From Chiloscyllium plagiosum (Eukaryota), in contig NW_025215045.1 of NCBI RefSeq assembly GCF_004010195.1, positions 18,116 to 60,233 of the forward strand: a stretch of DNA of 42,118 nucleotides. Direction: 5' to 3'. This document shows, piece after piece, positions 24,681-36,990 of the stretch. The notes below the pieces were generated by a model. That model ran no database searches. It was not told the origin of the DNA and worked only from the letters and a program-made list of their open reading frames with translations. Within the stretch, counting starts at the first letter, position 1. Each line of letters begins with the position of its first letter. The position numbers were made by a program, and so were the translations under genes.

Positions 24681-24970
24681 AGAGGCAAGGGATTGAGGGT
24701 GATTTAGCAGTTTGGATTACAAACTCCACAAGGATCTGTTTTGGGACTACAGCGGTTTGTCATTTTTATCAATGACTTAGATGCAGGCATAGGTGGATGG
24801 ATTAGCAGAAATGGACTGAGAAGTGGCAAATGGAGTTCAATGCAGCTAAATGTGAGGTGATTCACTTTGGGAAGAATAACAGGAAGGCAGTGATCTTGGA
24901 GTCCATGTACATAGATCCCTGAAAGTTGCCACCCAGGTAGATAGTGCTGTGAAGAAGGCATACGGTTTGT

Positions 24971-25288
24971 TAGATTAGATTAGATTACTTACAGTGTGGA
25001 AACAGGCCCTTCGGCCCAACAAGTCCACACCGACCCGCCGAAGCGTAACCCACCCATACCCCTACATTTACCCCTTACCTAACACTACGGGCAATTTAGC
25101 ATGGCCAATTCACCTGACCTGCACATCTTTGGACTGTGGGAGGAAACCGGAGCACCCGGAGGAAACCCACGCAGACACGGGGAGAACGTGCAAACTCCAC
25201 ACAGTCAGTCGCCTGAGGCGGGAATTGAACCCGGGTCTCTGGCGCTGCGAGGCAGCAGTGCTAACCACTGTACCACCGTGCCGCCCAC
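24971..25288 (-). mobile_element. HE1/V-SINE, full length and young
   Basis: A/B-box head, V domain, CR1-like tail and (AATCT)n. Confidence 0.95.
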
Positions 25289-25865
25289 TAGGTTTCATTA
25301 GGTTTCATTCGTAGAGGGATTGACTTCTGGAACCGCAATATCATGCTGCAACTATACAAAACATGGGTGCAGCCACATTTGGAATATTATGTATAGTTCT
25401 GTCCTCCATATTTCAGGAAGGACGTGGGAAGCATTGGAAAAGGTGCAGAGGAGATTTACCAGGTTGTTGCCTGGTCTGGAGGGAGGGTCTTATGAGGAAA
25501 GGCTGAGAGACTTGGGTCTGTTCTCATTGGAAAGAAGAAGGCTAAGGGGGGATTTGATAGAGACATATAAGATGATCAGAGGATTAGATAGGGTAGACAG
25601 TGAAAGACTCTTTCCTAGGATGGTGACGTCAGCTTGTATGAGGGGGCATAACTACAAATTGAGGGGTGATGGATTTAAGACAGGTGTCAGAGGCAAGTTC
25701 TTTATGCAGAGAGTGGTAAGGGCGTGGAATGCCCTACCTGCTAAGGTAGTCAACTCAGCCACATTAGGGAGATTTAAACAATCCTTCGATAAGCGCTTGG
25801 TTGATTTTGGGGTAGTGTCAGGGAATGAGCTGTGAATAGTTCACAGGTCGGCGCAACATCGAGGG

Positions 25866-28236
25866 CCTTGGAACGATTCGGCTCCCTTCTCAGTCCACTT
25901 CCACCACATGACCGAAGCAATGATTGGTTATGTTCTTGCTCTAACTAGTGTTATGCGTGCCTTTCACTCCCAGGAGCGCGCGGCCTACAGCGATGTTCCC
26001 TCCCTTTCAGCCTCGTCACGGGTAGAGCCTGGTTCGTTGGTGTTCGTCAAGAACTGCACTGGCAAAGGCCTCCAACCTCGTTGGGATGGTCCCCTCCAGG
26101 TTTTACTTCCCACCCTTCTGGCGGTCACAGTCGCTGGGCGCTCAGCTTGGGTCCAACTGCACCATTGTAAATTGATTGGCCGCACCAATCAAAAATGGAC
26201 TCTTACATCAGAAAGACCAGATGGTCCATCTGGACAGTAGAAATCAGTGGGAGTTACCATGTCGTTACCATGTTTTTTTGATTTTACCTGCAGACGCAAG
26301 CCTAGTGAGGATAAAAATGATCAACCCTGCCATTATGGTAAATATTTTAAGGACACTCAGGAACACCATCCCTTTTTGTAGGACGGGCCAACTCGAGAAA
26401 AGGGAAGCCTGATAAGGGAAACTCCTCAATCCACAAACTACTTATTTATACAGGCGCACAGAACGCTCTTCACCCCAGACGCAGTAGTGTGTTACTCCTC
26501 TCTATCGGGAGATGACTTACTTGCCCCGTCCCCAGTCCCTGATTCCATTCTATTCGTCAGACTTCCTACTGCCGACGCTACCAAGAGAAATATCACTTTC
26601 CAATACGTTCGGTCTGTGTATACAAACAGCTGGTGTACCACTGGCTGGGGTACAGTGGGCCTAATGCGGCACATGGACCTGGAACGGAACCCTTCCCTTG
26701 TGAATTTATTGGCCTTTTCTCTTTTCAGAATCTGATACTGTCACCAAGACCATGTACAATCGAGCTAAGGGAGAGCTCAATGGGAATAGCATTCTGAGGA
26801 CCATTGCCTCCCATACAGTGTGAGTGCTTGAGTTACTTGGCCTATTTTTTACAGCGCTCAAGCAACTCCTCTTGCAAAACGTTGACCCTTTACTCCTGTA
26901 GACCTGATCAGACCCCCTGCTGTAACATTTCAGTAACCTATTTCGACAAACTCTCCCTAATATGCACCAAACCAGACTATTATTTCTTCAGCTAAGGTAA
27001 AGCTACCAATTTCCTTGTCCTGGATGGCAAAGATGTCCCTCATAAGGTCACTATCAGAGCCCTTGTTCCCACAACAGTACCTTGTCCTGGCCAGTGGACA
27101 AGTCGATGGAAATTCCATCTGAGGAGGATGTAGTGGTCGGTCTCAGCCAACCTTGCTCCAACTGAAAGGATCCCAAGGGACTGGGTGACAATACAGGACA
27201 CCCGATAGGCTGGGGACTCGAGTACCCCGAGGTTGGAAGGATCGGCAGGGGTGACAAGTCAACAGAACCGCAATTCTCTCGTTGGCGGCCTGACCATTCG
27301 AGGAAATAAGACTAAAGAGGCTCTGAAACAGAGTAAACTGGGATTATCAGACCTATGTCTTTACTCTATACAGTATCAGTAAGCCTTAGACGATATACTC
27401 GCCCGGGAGGGTGAGGTCTGCACCATTGTCCAAGATAAATGTACTATGGGCATTCCCAATCTCACTGGCAATATTACTAAGATACAAGAAGAGATCCAGG
27501 TATTCCTTGACAGATGACTGAAGGGAAACTGCAGATCGGGTTCATGGTACAATTGGCTAATCAATTTAGCTATGTATGGTAGAACACTTTTCCTCTGTTT
27601 GTCGGTATTGCTATTGTTAGCTGTTTAATTGCTAGGCTTATGAGGTCCCTTAGAGATATAGATTTGCCCCAGAAGATGCTCCTTTTGTGATCTGATGGCT
27701 CACCCACACGTGTCGATGGCGATGATAAATATGACCAGATGAGCTGCGAGGATGGTGGTGTTACTCTACAGGATGTTGATGGCAGGACCACCTTGAAGGG
27801 CATTCGTTTGGACTAGCCTTCTCTTTCAGTGATCTCGGTGCCATCAAAGGTAGGAATGAGGGTATGGGCATCTGGGTGATAAAGTCTATAGCCTTAAAAC
27901 TTGTCTTTAAACATTCAGACTAAAATGTAATGCTGAATTATTGAATGCATTTACTGCACTAGAAAATAAACAGGCAGGTAGGCTCAGAAAGAGGAGAGAA
28001 CTTAAAGATAGGGACACCTGGGCTCACCAAGTGATAACAGGATGCTGTAAGGCAATTAAGAACGTTTGCCTCAGCATCGGTGAATCTGTGTGAACAGGAC
28101 ACCAAGTGATAACATTCACAGCCGTTCCCTTGTGAGACCATTTTAGTGCTGAGGCTGTTGAATCCCGTAGAAAATTAACTCTTAGTGCTTATCTGCTATG
28201 GATTGAAATGAATTGCATTTTGGGACTTTATGATGA
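25866..28236 (+). mobile_element. pol-env: ERV remnant: integrase C-terminus, degraded env, polypurine tract, partial 3' LTR from 27857
   Basis: LQPRWDGPLQVLL...WVQLHHCK (integrase end); LDDILAREGEVCTIVQDKCT (TM subunit); aaaggtaggaa-TG. Confidence 0.92.
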
Positions 28237-28299
28237 TATTGAGTAGCCATTACTGGTTATTAAATACAAACTCTGTAAAAGGAAATATTGATAAAGCTT

Positions 28300-28800
28300 T
28301 ACCTTACTGCAGCCGAGGCTCCAGCGGAGGAAACAGGCCGCGCCCCCGGTCCTGGTCCCGCCCCCTCTTCCACCATGGCGACACGTAAACCCCGCCCTTC
28401 CGAACGACGCTCGTAAACCCCGCCCTTTGGAGTGCTGCACGCAAATCCCGCTCCTTCGAGACAAAGCCCCACCTCTTGGCCCCAAACATCTTTCCCACTC
28501 GCGCACCAAACCCCGCTCTTTCTCCGCGGTCCCCGCGCGAGTCAGAACCACGCCCCCTGCCCCCACGCGCAACCGCCCACAAAGCCGCGCGCCTCCAGGC
28601 GAGCCGCGCCGCACCGCCCAGTGAGCCTCGCCCCGCCTACTAGCGCGCGACCCTCTCACGAGACCCGCCTCGCCCATGAGCACCGCTCTCCTGCTAAAAC
28701 CCGCCCCCAGGATAAACCCCGCCTCTCCTGGTAAACCCCGCCCAGCCAGGTGTATTTGGAAGCACTGGCTTCTGCAGCGCTGCTTCTTCTGCGGGTAGCT
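28300..28800. promoter_or_regulatory. CpG-island promoter and probable minus-strand first exon
   Basis: Only strongly CpG-rich non-coding block in the window; repeated GC boxes; YY1-like CCATGGCG at ~28373; minus-strand donor AAG|GTAAAG at 28302. Confidence 0.75.
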
Positions 28801-28960
28801 GTGCTGCAGGATCATAAGACACAGAATTAATAGCAAAACATCACAGTGTCATGCAACCGATGCAATATTTGGAACAAACCTGAACCACTGCTGAGTCCTT
28901 CATCTTTTAGAATGGGTTGCAGGTTTCAGTTCATCAATATGTAAATTCCAGAACTTTCGA

Positions 28961-29198
28961 TCAGATTCCCTACAGTGTGGAAACAGGCCCTTTGGCCCAT
29001 TAAGTCCACACATACCCACCGAAGCGCAAATCGCCCAGCCCTATTGCCCGTCACCTAATACTACGGGGCAATTTAGCTTGGCCAATTCACCCTAACCCGC
29101 ATGTCTTTGGACTGTGGGAGGATACCCGTGCAGACGCAGGGGGGGAGATGGGAATTGAACCCGGGACTCTGGCGCTGTGAGGCACCAGTGCTAACTAC
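28961..29198 (-). mobile_element. HE1/V-SINE, internally deleted
   Basis: Matches the other SINE copies. Confidence 0.85.
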
Positions 29199-29199
29199 A

Positions 29200-29293
29200 A
29201 AAAAAAGGGATAGGGATGTAAGGCAGGATTTCAGGGAGCTAGGGTGGGAGCTGAGGGCTAGAACAAACAGAGTGGTTATCTCTGGTTTGTTGC
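29200..29293 (+). mobile_element. CR1 ORF1 fragment
   Basis: Near-identical to 32414-32503 (KRDRDVRQDFREL). Confidence 0.85.
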
Positions 29294-30690
29294 CTCCTTT
29301 CCCAGGTATCTGACCCTTGTCTTTCGTGTCCTCCCCTACCCTTGCTGTTATCCCTTGACCCCAGTCTCCTTTTTGTTATTTCTTCTACTGCCTCCACCAT
29401 CATTTTGGCTTTCTGTTTCTGATTCTCATCTTCCCTTTTCACATACACTTTCTGTGCCTCACGTAAAAGCTCTTCCATCTGTCTTTCACTCCATCCATCT
29501 AATTTCTGTAATTTCTTTTGTATGTCCGGCCATGATTTAGTTACAAATTAGACCTTTAAGAGTCCCTGTGCTATCTGATTATCGGGATCCATTCCCAAAC
29601 ACTTCCTTGTGGCCTCCTTGAGCCTTTTAAGAAATGCAGAAGTGGTTCCATCCTTCTCTTGTCGTACTTCAAAGGCCTTAACAAAGTTTTATGATCTTGG
29701 TGCCGCCTCTTTAATTCCTAATATTCCCATTTCTCATAGATCCCGCATTGACTCCCTATCTTCTCTGTCATTATTTTCCCAATGAGGGTCAACATTTGGG
29801 AATTTTTGTTCTGCTGGGGTCCGTTCTTCCCCAACTGGGTGCCTGTTTTCCCATTCCTATAAAGCCGCTCTCCTAATCATACCTCGTTCTTCCCCTGAAA
29901 ATAACGCTCTTAAAATTGCCATCAGTTCTCCCCAGGTATATAAATTAGGCCCTAGGAATTGCTCTAATTGTTCGGCTAGTCCAACCGGATCCTCTATTAA
30001 ACTTTTCATTTCCTTTTTAAAGACCCTAACTTCACTGCTAGTTAAGGGAGCGTTTACATATCCGATTGTACCTTCCCCACTCGGAACCTCTTGTAAGGGA
30101 CATAATTTTACATTTTCCAATATCTCTGCCCCTCCTTTACGTGTGGTGGCTCGAGTGACTCTGCCCCCCCCCCCCAGGTTCTGCATCTTTTAGTTCAGAG
30201 TCCATTCCCATTTCTGTGTCTGGACTCGGTTCTACTTCGGGAGCTGTACGCTCGTTCCGGGGAGTAGTATATGGGGGTGGCAAACATGTTCAGGGATCCT
30301 AATGTGGCTTCCCTTGTTCATTCTTTTTCTGTTCTTTCCCTGATTCCTCCCTATTCATGGGACATTATTTTTACTCCCGCGCTCCCTATCCAACAAGCCG
30401 CATAATCAGACTCTTTTTGACTGTACGCTTCTTTTTGATTGACATATATATTAAGACCTTGACGCAGCCAATCCTCATCGGACCCATATTTGGGCCTTAA
30501 TACTTTCTCTAGTCCAGACAAAACAACAATAGTTTACCATTGTAGCCTTATCTTTCCCCCGCGTCCGGGAGTTGTGTTCCCAATTTCCCAACCTTCTCCC
30601 TAAAGGACTGTCGGGTGAAATATATTCCCCTTTAACGTTATTTATAGATCGATCGTTACCCAGCCAATTCCCTGTGCCTCCCATTGTTGC
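29294..30690 (-). pseudogene. gag: Class I ERV gag (matrix-capsid), degraded
   Basis: MGG...ISPDSPLG..W...YCCFVW; PLQEVP...YVNAPLTSSEVR...EDP; major-homology-like QEKDGTTSAFLKRL; several stops. Confidence 0.9.
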
Positions 30691-30780
30691 TAATTTAATT
30701 AATCTTAACGAGGTCCGGTGTCACCTTTTTCCACACCCCCTTCAGGGTCCTGACTAGACACCTTACTCGTCCNNNNNNNT

Positions 30781-30963
30781 GCTCCGGTTTCCTCCCACAG
30801 TCCAAAGATGTGCAGGGTCAGGTGAATTGGCCATACTAAATTGCCCGTAGTGTTAGGTAAAGGGTAGATGTAGGGGTATGGGTGGGTTTCGCTTCGGCGG
30901 GTCGGTGTGGACTTGTTGGGCCGAAGGGCCTGTTTCCACACTGTAATCTAATCTAATCTAATC
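30781..30963 (+). mobile_element. HE1/V-SINE 3' part, after N gap 30773-30779
   Basis: Tail with (AATCT)n. Confidence 0.92.
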
Positions 30964-31865
30964 GTCCAATTAATCTGACCAACTATATGCTTTTTGAGAC
31001 TTCAACTGTTTTCCATAAATTACTTTGATGTAAGGATAAAAGAGATTAGTTAGAAACTGATAGTAAGGCAGTCATGACCTGTAAAAAGAACAGGAGTTAA
31101 CATTTTATTTCATAATCTGTAAAATTCTTAATCTTAAAAGAAATCATGTTAAAATTTCCATAGTAGAAATCAGATTCAAAACAGTCCTGGATCTCAAGCT
31201 CCACGGAACAAAGCAGAAACATTCAATCACCAACAAACAAATGTGCATTCAAACCAAATCACACCGGGTTAAACTTTCTAGTTGCTGTACAGCTCTTTCT
31301 CTCTCTCTCACACACACACAGACACCATGTCTCACTGACACTTTGAGCTTCCCGCAACGACTCCTCTAGCTTTTGAATATTCATCTGGACGTCTGGCCAT
31401 AAGTTAGTTATGAAATGCACCCTCAGTAGCCCTTCAGCTACTAGCCCTTCTGACACGGGCTGTTTTCCATTGACATATGCTTAATTTTATATATCACCAA
31501 TTCCCCATACTTTTATATGTCCCGACCACCAAGGCAATACTTAAAAGGTCTCTCTTCTTACCTTGGTCTATGCACAGAGTTATCTGGTCATTTCAGTGCA
31601 CCCCATCCTGCAGCAATTCTTGCAGCAAATACCGCTGCCCCCGGTTGCCTGGATATATCCTTTAAGACCTTTCCCTACCCGGGTCTTGTGCACAAGAGTT
31701 GCCCGACCGAACCCGCCGGGTCTGCCTGCCTTGTTTCCAGGGTCTCCCAGTCTGGATCGTACTCGCCCAAACCGCGAACGGCAAGCAACGGAGTCGGAGA
31801 TCAACGAAATGGGCGAGGTGCCCCTCCCCGTTCGTCCCAACAGTGTCGAGCGGTCTGAGTTTTGG

Positions 31866-31885
31866 ATCCCAGAATGAGGCCCCCA
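31866..31885 (-). promoter_or_regulatory. Primer binding site, tRNA-Pro-like
   Basis: TGGGGGCCTCATTCTGGGAT lies 2 nt after the LTR end; canonical PBS-Pro is TGGGGGCTCGTCCGGGAT. Confidence 0.75.
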
Positions 31886-31887
31886 AT

Positions 31888-32413
31888 TGTGAGAAACAGA
31901 ACTCACTCACAAATCAATCAGCCTGAGACAAAGCCTTGGAAACAAGAACAATTTATTATAGTCTTGCAAGTACCGGATGCTTCTGCAATCAAGCAGAAAT
32001 GTGCCCAAAGCAGAGCATGTTAGCTTTCTTATTCAGTTTACAAGTTGCGGAATCACGCCTCCCTTTTCCCATCCTATCATAAGCCGATTACCTCACTTGT
32101 TAGTTATTTTCTTATTTGGTCATCCTGCTGTCCTTGTCTGCATTCTTTGTTCCTTGTTTGTTACAGCTTGTTCTTTTATCCAGTTTCTCTTATCATACTA
32201 TAAGCTTTATTGTGAAATGCCCCTGCTGCTTCTTTTTGTGGTCAACTACAACACTTTAAAGTTATTTCCTAGCTTAAAACTATTTTCTTTAAAAGACCCT
32301 CCATATTCATTATAGTCTTAACCTTATGTATGCTACATGCTACAAGAATTCCGCTTCCCTTCCCCCCACTACACCACCTCAGCCATCTGCAAAAACATTT
32401 CTAATCTCCCACA
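31888..32413 (-). mobile_element. ERV 5' LTR (~526 bp)
   Basis: TGTGGGA...TCTCACA termini; AATAAA at 31952-31957; followed by PBS, splice donor AAGGTAAG (~31557-31564) and gag. Confidence 0.8.
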
Positions 32414-35240
32414 GAAAGAGGGATAGGGATGTAAGGCAGGATTTCAGGGAGCTAGAGTGGAAGCGGAGGGCTAGAACAGAGTGGTTATCTCTGGTTTGTT
32501 ACCCGTGCCACGTGATAGCAAGACAAGGAATAGGGAGAGATATCAGCTGAACACGTGGTTGCAAGGATGGTGCAGGAGGGAGGGTTTCAGGTTTTTGGAT
32601 AATTGGGGCTCATTCTGGGGAAGGTGGGACTTGTACAAACAGGACAGTCTTCTCTTGAACCAGAGGGGTACTAATATACTGAGTGGGAAATTTACTGGTG
32701 CTATTCGAGTGGGTTTAAACTAGCTCAGCAGGGGGATAGAAACCAGGGGTGTAGGTGCAGTGCACAGGAGAATGTGAGGAGGAAGGACAGGGACAGGATT
32801 TCAGGGTCACAGGAATGTGATGGCAGACAGCGAAATGGTTTGAAGTGCGTCTATTTCAACGCCAGAGCATCCGCAATAAAGTAGGTGAGCTTGCAGCACG
32901 GATAAGTACCTGGGACTTGGATGTTGTGGCCATTTCGGAGACATGGATAGAGCAGGGTGCGGAATGGATGTTGCAGTTCCAGGGTTTTGATCTTTCATTA
33001 AGAACAGCCAAGGCGGTAAAAGAGGGTGAGGCGTGGCCTTGTTAGTCAAGGATAGTATAACGGTGGCTGACAGAACTTTTGATGAGGACTCGTCTACTGA
33101 GGTAATGTGGGCTGAGGTTAGAAACAGGAGAGGAGAGGTCACACTGCTTGGAGTTTTTTTTAATAGGCCTCTGCAGAGTTCCAGGGAGGTGGAAGAGGGA
33201 ATTAGCAAAATTATTCTGGGTAGGAGTGAAAGGAACAGGGTGGGCATTATGGGGGACTTGAACTTCCCCAACATTGACTGGAAATGCTTTCACTCTAGTA
33301 CGTCGTATGGATCAGTTTTTGTCCAGTGTGTGCAGGAGGGCTTTCTGACACAGTATGTCGAAGGGCCGACAGGGGGGAGGTCACACTGGATCTGATGCTT
33401 GGTAATGAACCAGGCCAGGTGTTTGATTTAGTGGAAGGTGAACACTTGAGAGAATGACCATAATTCAGTTAGGTTTCATTTAGCAATGTAAAGGGATAGG
33501 AACATGCCACAGGTCAAGAGTTATTGATGGGGCAAGGGCAATTATAATGCAATTAGGCAAGACTTAGGATGCATAGATTAGGGTAGCAAAATGCAGGGGA
33601 TGGGGACAATTGAAATGTGGAGCTGGTTTAAGGAACAGATATTGTGTGTCTTTGATAGGTATATCTCTGTCAGGCAGGGAGGAAGTGATAAGGTAAGGGA
33701 ACCGTGGTTTACAACAGAAATTGCATCTCTTGTTACAAAGAAGGAGGAGGCTTATGTGTTGATGAGGCAAGATGGTTCAGATGAGGCGATGGAGAGTTAC
33801 AGATCAGCTAGGAAGGATTTAAAGAGAGAGTTAAGAGCAAAGAGAGGACATGAGCAGTCTTTAACACACAAAGGAGAACCCTAAAGCTTTCTATAGGTAT
33901 GTGAGGAATAAAAGGATGATTACGGTAGGAATAGGGCCAATCAAAGACAGAAGTGGGAAGTTGAGTGTGGGCCCTGTGGAGATTGGAGAGGTGTTAATGA
34001 ATATCTCTCATCGGTCTTCACTCAGGAAAAGGAGAATATTGTAGAGGAGAAGAATGAGGTCCGTGATATTAGACTCGAAGGGATCGAGGTTAGTTGCAAA
34101 CAGGTGTTATCAATTCTAGAAGGAGTGAAAGTAGACAGTTTCTACTTGGATGGGATTTATCCAAGGATTCTCCAGGAAGCGAGGGAGGAGATTGCAGACC
34201 CTTTGGCTTTGATATTTGAGTCGTCATTGTCTACAGGCTTAGTACCAGAGTGGAGGATTGCAAATGTTGTGTCCTTGTTCAAGAAGGGCAGCAGAGATGA
34301 CCCAGGTAATTATAGACCAGTGAGCCTTACGTCTGTTGAAGGAAAGCTTTTGGAAAGGAATATTAGAGAGAGGATTTATAATCATCTAGCAAGCAACAAT
34401 TTGTTTTCAGATAGTCAACATGGTTTCATCAAGAGCAGATCGTGTCTCACAAACCTCTGAGATTTTGAGAAGGTGACCAAGCATGTAGATGAGGGTAGGG
34501 CAGTTGACGTGGTGTACATGGACCTCAGTAAAGCCTTTGATAAAGTTCCACATGGTAGGCTGTTGGAGTAAATGCAGATGCATGGGATTGAGGGTGATTT
34601 AGCAGTTTGGATTACAAACTGGCTTTCTGAAAGAAGGCAGCGAGTGGTGGTTTATGGAAAATATTCAGCCTGGAGTCTGGTTACTAGTGGTGTTTTGAGA
34701 CGACTGCGGTTTGTCGTTTTTTTAAATAGCTTAGACACAGGCATAGGTGGATGGATTAGTAAATTTGCAGACGACACTAAACTCGGTGGAGTACTGGACA
34801 GTTTGGAAGAATGTTATAGGTTGCAGGATGAGCAGAGGATTAGATAGGGGAGACAGTGAAAGACCTTTTCTTAGGATGGTGACGTCAGCTTCCCAAAGTG
34901 AATCACCTCACATTTAGCTGCATTGAACTCCATTTGCCACCTCTCAGCCAAATTCTGCAGTTTATCCAAGTCCCCCTGCAACCTGTACAAATTGAGGGGT
35001 GATAGATTTAAGACAGATGTCAGAGGCAAGTTCTTTATGCAGAGAATGGTAAGGGCGTGGAATGCCTTACCTGCTAAAGTAGTCAACTCCGCCACATTAG
35101 GGAGATTTAAACATTCCTTAGATAAGCGCATGGTTGATTTTGGGATAGTGTAGGGGAACGAGCTGAGAATGGTTCACAGGTCGGCGCAACATCGAGGGCC
35201 GAAGGGCTGGATTGTTCTATGTTCTTTGTTCTATGTTCTA
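32414..35240 (+). mobile_element. CR1 LINE (ORF1 end, endonuclease, RT, 3' tail), right copy
   Basis: LNTWLQGWCRREGFRFLDNW (ORF1), DVVAISETW and MGDLNFPNIDW (endonuclease), KFADDTK; (GTTCTAT)n-like tail; internal deletion and inversion. Confidence 0.95.
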
Positions 35241-35409
35241 AACTTAGTGCCGGAGGCGGAAANNNNNNNNNNNNNNNNNNNNNNNNNNNNNNNNNNNNNN
35301 NNNNNNNNNNNNNNNNNNNNNNNNNNNNNNNNNNNNNNNNNNNNNNNNNNNNNNNNNNNNNNNNNNNNNNNNNNNNNNNNNNNNNNCCTGGAGGAAGTAT
35401 TGCCTCACT

Positions 35410-35725
35410 CAGCAATTTCAACCCATACCCTGTCTCCAAGTAAGTTTCTCCCCGCTCATTTGCCAGGAAGGGGCAGTGTAGAGTCAACCAGACTGCTGTG
35501 GGTCTGTAGTCACGTGTAGGCCAGACCGGGTAAAGGGTGCAGCTGGAACGACTGAGTGAATCCTCTCCCACAATGGCGGTTCCCTTCCCTAACAAGGGAG
35601 AGGGTGAATCAGATGGGGGCTTTCTCCCCTGCACCACCCACTCCCTCTGCCATCTGTCATGGCAGGATTCAAACCTGGGAGTCCCCGGAACCGGGTTGAT
35701 AGTCCAATCGATAATGGCACTCGGA
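35410..35725 (-). mobile_element. Deu-type SINE just downstream of the ZNF stop codon
   Basis: Reverse complement resembles the 7031-7280 family. Confidence 0.55.
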
Positions 35726-35735
35726 CGTCACTCCT

Positions 35736-36644
35736 TCAATCCCCCTGTGATGGCACGTGAACTCGCTGGTGCCTCCGCAGGTGGGAGGAGTAGGTGAAGT
35801 CCTTCCCACACTGAGAGCAGTTGAATGGCCTCTCCCCTGTATGGACCCGCTGGTGGGTCAGCAGGGTGGAGGCCTGGGTAAAGGCCTTCCCACACTCGGG
35901 GCAGCTGAAAGGCCTCTCCCCCGTGTGGATCCTCTGGTGCCTCATCAGGGAGAAGACGTGGGTAAAGGCCTTCCCGCACTCTGGGCAGCTGAAGGGCCTC
36001 GCACCCGTGTGGACACGCTGGTGGGTCTGGAGTTTGGAGGAGCGAGTGAAGCCCTTCCCACACTCTGGGCAGCTGAAGGGCCTCTCCCCCGTGTGGATCC
36101 GCTGGTGGGTCAGCAGGTTGGAGGAGCAGGTGAAGCCCTTCCCACATTGAGAGCAGGTGAACGGCCTCTCCCCCATGTGGACCCGCTGGTGGGTCTGGAG
36201 CTTGGAGGAGCAGGTGAAGCCCTTCCCACACTCGGGGCAGATGAAGTGCCTCTCCCCCGTGTGGATCCGCTGGTGGGTCAGCAGGTTGGAGGAGTAGGTG
36301 AAGCCCTTCCCGCACTGAGAGCAGGTGAACGGCCTCTCCCCCGTGTGTACACGCTGGTGGGTCAGCAGGTTGGAGGAATAACTGAAGCCCTTCCCGCACG
36401 CTGGGCAGCTGAAGGGCCTCTCCCCCGTGTGGTCCTGCTGGTGGGCCAACAGGTGGGAGAAATGTCTGAAGGCCTTCCCGCACTCGGTGCAAGGGAATGG
36501 CCTCTCCCCGGTGTGACTGCGCCAATGAGTCTCCAGGGCAGACGGGAAACGGAAGCTTTTCCCACAGTCACCACACTTCCACGGTTCCTCCACAGGGCGG
36601 GATTCCTCAGGTTTCTCCATGGCCACAGCTTCAGCTGCACACAA
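35736..36644 (-). CDS. Tandem C2H2 zinc-finger protein, 10 fingers
   Basis: Uninterrupted ORF with 10 CX2C-X12-HX3H fingers and TGERPF linkers. The listed start is GTG; first in-frame ATG is at 36620 (MEKPEE). No effector domain visible. Confidence 0.93.
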   Translation of the reverse strand: MCAAEAVAMEKPEESRPVEEPWKCGDCGKSFRFPSALETHWRSHTGERPFPCTECGKAFRHFSHLLAHQQDHTGERPFSCPACGKGFSYSSNLLTHQRVHTGERPFTCSQCGKGFTYSSNLLTHQRIHTGERHFICPECGKGFTCSSKLQTHQRVHMGERPFTCSQCGKGFTCSSNLLTHQRIHTGERPFSCPECGKGFTRSSKLQTHQRVHTGARPFSCPECGKAFTHVFSLMRHQRIHTGERPFSCPECGKAFTQASTLLTHQRVHTGERPFNCSQCGKDFTYSSHLRRHQRVHVPSQGD

Positions 36645-36869
36645 ACACGTGTAGAGCCCCTCCCTGCCGTGAAATCCCCTTTCCAGGCCGTAGAACTGTT
36701 TCAGGCTCCACGCACAGTGCGCTGCAACAGTGGAGTCTCTCGTCCAGTCCCACTGATGCTGAAAACGTCCTCAAACAGGAACCAAAAAGCGTTGATCCCT
36801 CTCTCAGAAATCACAGTCAGAAATCGTTGCGGTCCCGATGGATTGAGTGACTGTCAGACATTGACATCA

Positions 36870-36990
36870 AAGTAAGGACTGCAGACGCTGGACAGTCAGT
36901 CAAAAATTGTGGTGCTGGAAAAGCACAGCAGGTCAGGCAGCATCCGAGGAGCAGGAGAGTCAATGTTTCGGGCATAAGCCCTTCATCCAT
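36870..36990 (-). mobile_element. Penelope terminal fragment in the ZNF upstream exon region
   Basis: GATGAAGGGCTTATGCCCGAAAC...GATGCTGCCTGACCTGCTG. Confidence 0.8.

Larger units (their letters stand above)
23005..25867 (+). mobile_element. CR1 LINE ORF2, left copy of segmental duplication, with nested insertions
   Basis: RT motifs (DSQHGF, VYMDLSKAFDKV); collinear with 33261-35200. Confidence 0.95.

Noticed and set aside
24971..25288. SINE heads as tRNA genes, and SINE-derived ORFs
   Set aside because: They continue into the SINE body and tail and recur many times in the window.
28228..28836. 202-aa Gly/Arg-rich ORF
   Set aside because: Stop-poor CpG island, non-ATG start, low complexity.
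35736..36560. 84-bp periodic repeats as a CRISPR-like array
   Set aside because: The period is the 28-aa zinc-finger unit in a eukaryotic gene.
35757..36875. 372-aa plus-strand ORF and 265-aa alternative minus-strand ORF over the ZNF
   Set aside because: Expected shadows of GC-rich repetitive zinc-finger codons; no independent domain.
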